A stretch of DNA of 64,000 bases. Origin: an uncultured bacterium (GTDB lineage Bacteria > Babelota > Babeliae > Babelales > JACPOV01). How positions within the stretch are numbered: the first letter of the stretch is position 1; each line of letters opens with the position of its first letter. Location: contig CAVUUR010000006.1 in assembly GCA_963744715.1 (NCBI GenBank), positions 1 through 64,000 of the forward strand, given 5' to 3'. Below the pieces are notes generated by a model that worked only from the letters and a program-made list of their open reading frames with translations, made no database searches and was not told where the DNA came from. A program made the position numbers and the translations under genes. Of this stretch, positions 60,310 through 64,000 are shown piece by piece.

Positions 60310-60651
60310 ATGGAATTTTCAAAAAAAATACTTTTTTTACTCATAATTAATTGCGCATATTCCTATGGCATGGAAGAAACAGAAAATGAAATTGCACCAT
60401 CGACGATAGAAATCGAAATATTTACCTCTTCTATTTCCTACGTACAAGCAGGAGAAGAGGTTGCCATTATTCAAACACGACAGCAATTAATAGATGAAAT
60501 TAACGAATTTAAAGATTCAAATTTTCTTGTATTTCAAAATTCTCAAGCCGAACTAATACCAGCTATTGTTTTTACAACAGCGCAGCAAAGAGAAGATCAT
60601 GCATTATTAGAGTTTCTGGATCGAAATAATTTAACAAGTCCTTACTTGTAA
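60310..60651 (+). CDS. Small secreted hypothetical protein, probable paralog of 59850-60212
   Basis: RBS AGGGG; signal peptide ending YSYG-ME. Confidence 0.55.
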   Translation: MEFSKKILFLLIINCAYSYGMEETENEIAPSTIEIEIFTSSISYVQAGEEVAIIQTRQQLIDEINEFKDSNFLVFQNSQAELIPAIVFTTAQQREDHALLEFLDRNNLTSPYL

Positions 60652-60652
60652 A

Positions 60653-61489
60653 TCAAAATCTAATTTGGAAATCCAGAACTGCTCGTAAATCGTATGGTTG
60701 TTGATTGCCATTTAAATATTGTCCTATGGGCAATTGAAGCAGGCCTTGCAATAAGAAATCATCGCGAGTCCATGCAATTAAGGGGCCCAAAAAAGCAACA
60801 AAGCTACCGGTATTAGGAAGATCAATGCCAGCGACCCTGTTTGGTAAGAAATCATAGAAGGTCAGTTGCATAATAAAATAAAGGGTTGATTTTGAATCTT
60901 GTTTAAATTTAATAACTCTTCCTGAAGCTATTTCATATAAAAAGTTATTCCCTAATTTAAATTTATGTGCTGCTCTTGAAAAAAGAAGCATATAAAAACG
61001 ATACCCTACATACCAATCGGGAGAAACGTTGCTTCCTGATAATTCTCCAAAAAATCCATAAGAACCGGCACCGGTAACGGGCACGTGTTTAATACTTCCC
61101 GAGGGAAAAGTAACGCCCAATTTAGTAAAAACTAGAAAACGCTCCATTTTGACCGTTAAATATTTTATTCGAATAAGAATATCACTAATACCGATTGTAG
61201 ACAAATTGGGTGGTAGCGTATTAATAACCCAGAATGGTACAATAGTTTGTATACTTAATTTTTCCGTAACCCTACGAGAAACTTTTGTTTCAAGCCCGCC
61301 AAAAATCGTGTCATGTTGCTTTATATATTCAAAGTTTTGCTCGATACTCCATGGCTTATTTGGGTCAGGAGGTAATAATTGCGTTAATGCTTCCTCCAAC
61401 AGAAAACCTGGCGCCGTTGCCTGTAATGAAGTATAAAGCTGTGTTATGCCTACTAACACACAATAAAAAAACAAGCGATGTATGTTCAT
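60653..61489 (-). CDS. Probable outer-membrane beta-barrel / transporter-like protein
   Basis: Signal peptide; GISDI.IR.KY, G.TFPSG, TGAGS; C-terminal Phe. Confidence 0.6.
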   Translation of the reverse strand: MNIHRLFFYCVLVGITQLYTSLQATAPGFLLEEALTQLLPPDPNKPWSIEQNFEYIKQHDTIFGGLETKVSRRVTEKLSIQTIVPFWVINTLPPNLSTIGISDILIRIKYLTVKMERFLVFTKLGVTFPSGSIKHVPVTGAGSYGFFGELSGSNVSPDWYVGYRFYMLLFSRAAHKFKLGNNFLYEIASGRVIKFKQDSKSTLYFIMQLTFYDFLPNRVAGIDLPNTGSFVAFLGPLIAWTRDDFLLQGLLQLPIGQYLNGNQQPYDLRAVLDFQIRF

Positions 61490-61494
61490 GATGC

Positions 61495-61914
61495 TTACAG
61501 AGAATCCGCTATCTGTTTACATTGCTCACATGCTTGAGCGCATTCGGTACAAATTTGAATGAGGTCTACACAGTTATCAATGCATTCTTCATCGCCACCC
61601 TTACATTCTTTAATCATTTCGCGGCATTCTATGATGCATGCTTCACATTTCATAATGCATTCATTGCATGCTTCTTGGCAACGTTTATTTGAACAGGTTT
61701 TCATATGTTCAGTACATTGTTTAATACATTCATGGCACGCATCGATACATTGTGATGCAATACTGACACCTATACCAACTTGTTCAGAACAATCAGAATC
61801 ATTACTGATGGTGCACAAGTCTACAATACGTTGACAGCTATCGATACATTCTTCACAAATATCTATACAGGTTGTTAATGCTTTTAAGTGGGCTTGATTG
61901 ATATGTTCTTTCAT
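61495..61914 (-). CDS. Cys-rich four-helix-bundle copper storage protein (Csp/DUF326-like)
   Basis: 24 Cys in 139 aa in CxxxCxxC spacing; no signal peptide; RBS AAGGAG. Confidence 0.75.
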   Translation of the reverse strand: MKEHINQAHLKALTTCIDICEECIDSCQRIVDLCTISNDSDCSEQVGIGVSIASQCIDACHECIKQCTEHMKTCSNKRCQEACNECIMKCEACIIECREMIKECKGGDEECIDNCVDLIQICTECAQACEQCKQIADSL

Positions 61915-62113
61915 AGAATCTCCTTTTCCAATAATAAGCGTAACGTTACTAGCACATTAATTAAAGACAATCTATCCGCCAATAAAAAATCTTAAAAAAC
62001 CTGAAAAAAAATATGCTCCAAAAAATAGTATAATTTATTGACAAACCAATAATAACTGATAATTTTAAATTATATTGTTAACATGTATGCAATTTTAAAA
62101 CTATTACAAATGG

Positions 62114-62713
62114 ATGTTATCTATGAAAAAATTGTTATTATCCGCACTCTGTATCAGTAGCTTAGCAACCACTGCTACCTACTCAGCTAACGATTTTGCA
62201 AATCAAGAATGGCGCAGTTTGGTAGGATTAATGCAAAAATGGCATGATTTAAGTCGCAATAAATGGCTACATAAAGAGGCATCAACTATATTATTAAAGA
62301 AATACTTGCAAGAAGATTTAAAAAAATTAGCAACACTATCAAATGCATCAGAGTATCAGCAAGAACTATCTTCTATTCTCAAAGAACAGAAAACTAAGAT
62401 TTCTAATAAACTATGCAACGCTATAAACTCAGTAGCAATTGCTGGGCCAATAGCACTAACTTCAGGCATTGGATTCCTTACATGTTTAGCAAAATTCTGT
62501 AATAGCCACCAAAACGATGAAATTCTATTGGGCCTTGCTGCTATAGTACTTCTGCCATTATTTATGGGTAGTTTTATCGCTACTTTAGAAAATTCTGGAG
62601 ATGTTAGGCAGTTACAAAAAGAAAAAACATTTCTTAAAGATTTTATATCTTTTGCAAAAGAACAAGAACAAAAAATATTGCAACAAAAAAATATATTACC
62701 AAATGCAGCGTAA
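62114..62713 (+). CDS. Hypothetical membrane protein
   Basis: Signal peptide plus two hydrophobic segments. Confidence 0.55.
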   Translation: MLSMKKLLLSALCISSLATTATYSANDFANQEWRSLVGLMQKWHDLSRNKWLHKEASTILLKKYLQEDLKKLATLSNASEYQQELSSILKEQKTKISNKLCNAINSVAIAGPIALTSGIGFLTCLAKFCNSHQNDEILLGLAAIVLLPLFMGSFIATLENSGDVRQLQKEKTFLKDFISFAKEQEQKILQQKNILPNAA

Positions 62714-62826
62714 CTAAAAAGTAAGTTTTGCTAAAAATTATCATTTTTATGGAAGTAAGGGCTTGTTGATTGCATATGGTCAGCAGGCCCCTTTTCAATT
62801 AGTATTAAATATGTTATACTCTGTGT

Positions 62827-64000
62827 ATGAAGAAGACCTTTAAACTCCACTCACCCTTTTTACCATCTGGCAGTCAACCGAATGCCATTGAGCAATTAAC
62901 CAAAGGCCGCCCGGGCCGATCAACCCTTATTGGGGTTACCGGTTCAGGTAAAACCTTCACTATGGCTAATGTTATTGCTAATCAAAATAAACCGGTGCTT
63001 GGTGCTTGCCCCCAATAAAACATTGGCGGCACAACTCTATGAAGAGTTTTCATTATTTTTCCCCGAAAACAAGGTATGTTATTTTGTCAGCTATTATGAT
63101 TATTATCAGCCAGAATCGTATTTGCCGGCACAAGATATTTATGTAGCCAAAGAAACAAAAGTTAATAGTGAAATTGAACGGTTACGCGTTGAAGCTACTG
63201 CTTCATTAATTAATCGTCAGGACACCATTATTATTACCTCAGTTTCTTGCATTTACTCACTTGGTAATCCTTCTGATTATCGTGAACTTGCTTTTCCTCT
63301 TTCGGTTGGGCAAACAATAAAACGAGCTGATCTTATTAAACAGTTACAATTTATTCAATATAAACGAAATGATCTTGATAAAAGTTCGGGTACCTTCCAG
63401 GTACTCGGTAATACCATTGAAGTTCAATTGCCATACCAAAAAGAAAAATTACGCATCGAACTGTTTGGTGATATGATAGAAACCCTTTCATGGGTTGATA
63501 AACATAATAATACCGTGCTGATGCCTCTTGATAATACCATTATTTTTCCAGCAAAACATTTTGTAACCACCCAAGACAAAAAAAATTCGGCAATAAGCAG
63601 TATAAAAACTGAAATGGAAGAATGGGCACCAAAATTATCAAAACCGATCTATGAAGAACGAATTCGTCAGCGCGTAACGCACGATCTTGAAATGTTACAG
63701 GAAGTTGGCTATTGCTCAGGGATTGAAAATTATTCTACGCATTTTGATGGACGTTTGCCAGGACAAGCTCCATTTTGTTTATTTGATTTCTTTCCTGAAG
63801 ATTTTTTATTGATTATTGATGAATCGCATATTGCAGTTCCGCAATTACGTGGCATGTATGCAGGGGATCGCTCACGCAAACAAGCATTAATTGATTTTGG
63901 TTTTCGGCTTCCTTCGGCATTTGATAATAGACCATTACAATTTTCAGAAATTGAACGTTATTTTAATGACGTTCTTTTTGTTTCAGCCACGCCGGGTGAT
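62827..64000 (+). CDS. uvrB: Excinuclease ABC subunit B, partial at window end, +1 frameshift at ~63001
   Basis: [10 protein letters not shown]; after the shift [39 protein letters not shown]. Confidence 0.93.

Noticed and set aside
62990..63010. Programmed frameshift or phase variation in uvrB (ggtgctt twice)
   Set aside because: Removing one G restores [12 protein letters not shown]; a sequencing insertion is the simpler explanation given the leuS errors.

Overview
The window has two very different parts. Bases 1 to ~3680 are high-GC and indel-ridden. They hold fabG, a GT2 glycosyltransferase, a flavin-dependent halogenase-like gene, a CMD/AhpD gene and a perfect parS palindrome, and they join abruptly, in the middle of a gene, to low-GC DNA. 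A chimeric or low-quality contig end is the most likely explanation. The rest (~3680-64000) is a low-GC bacterial chromosome. Its gene content and many signal-peptide hypothetical proteins suggest Babelota/Dependentiae (TM6), intracellular bacteria of protists; this is inference and should be confirmed from the 16S. Housekeeping genes: ung, atpE-F'-F-H-A, deoxynucleoside kinase, recD2, lysS, a full rrn operon (16S-Ile-Ala-23S-5S), gmk, prfB, leuS, trxA, bamA, cysS, uvrB and tRNA-Arg. The most notable observations are: (1) a small GIY-YIG nuclease bracketed by two 118-bp structured direct repeats abutting the CCA end of tRNA-Arg, with a diverged nuclease-free copy of the repeat ~9.6 kb away; (2) a class II LysRS with an N-terminal B3/4 editing-type domain; (3) a broken Hint-domain polymorphic toxin with two paralogous immunity genes and a recombination scar; (4) a secreted GH75 chitosanase and tandem GH18 chitinases; (5) a Na+-binding signature in ATP synthase subunit c; (6) seven secreted proteins sharing a [GS]-Met-(mostly acidic) motif after the signal peptide, including zinc-finger/NLS and kinase-like effector candidates. 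Frameshifts in leuS and uvrB show the sequence has indel errors, so pseudogene calls need caution.
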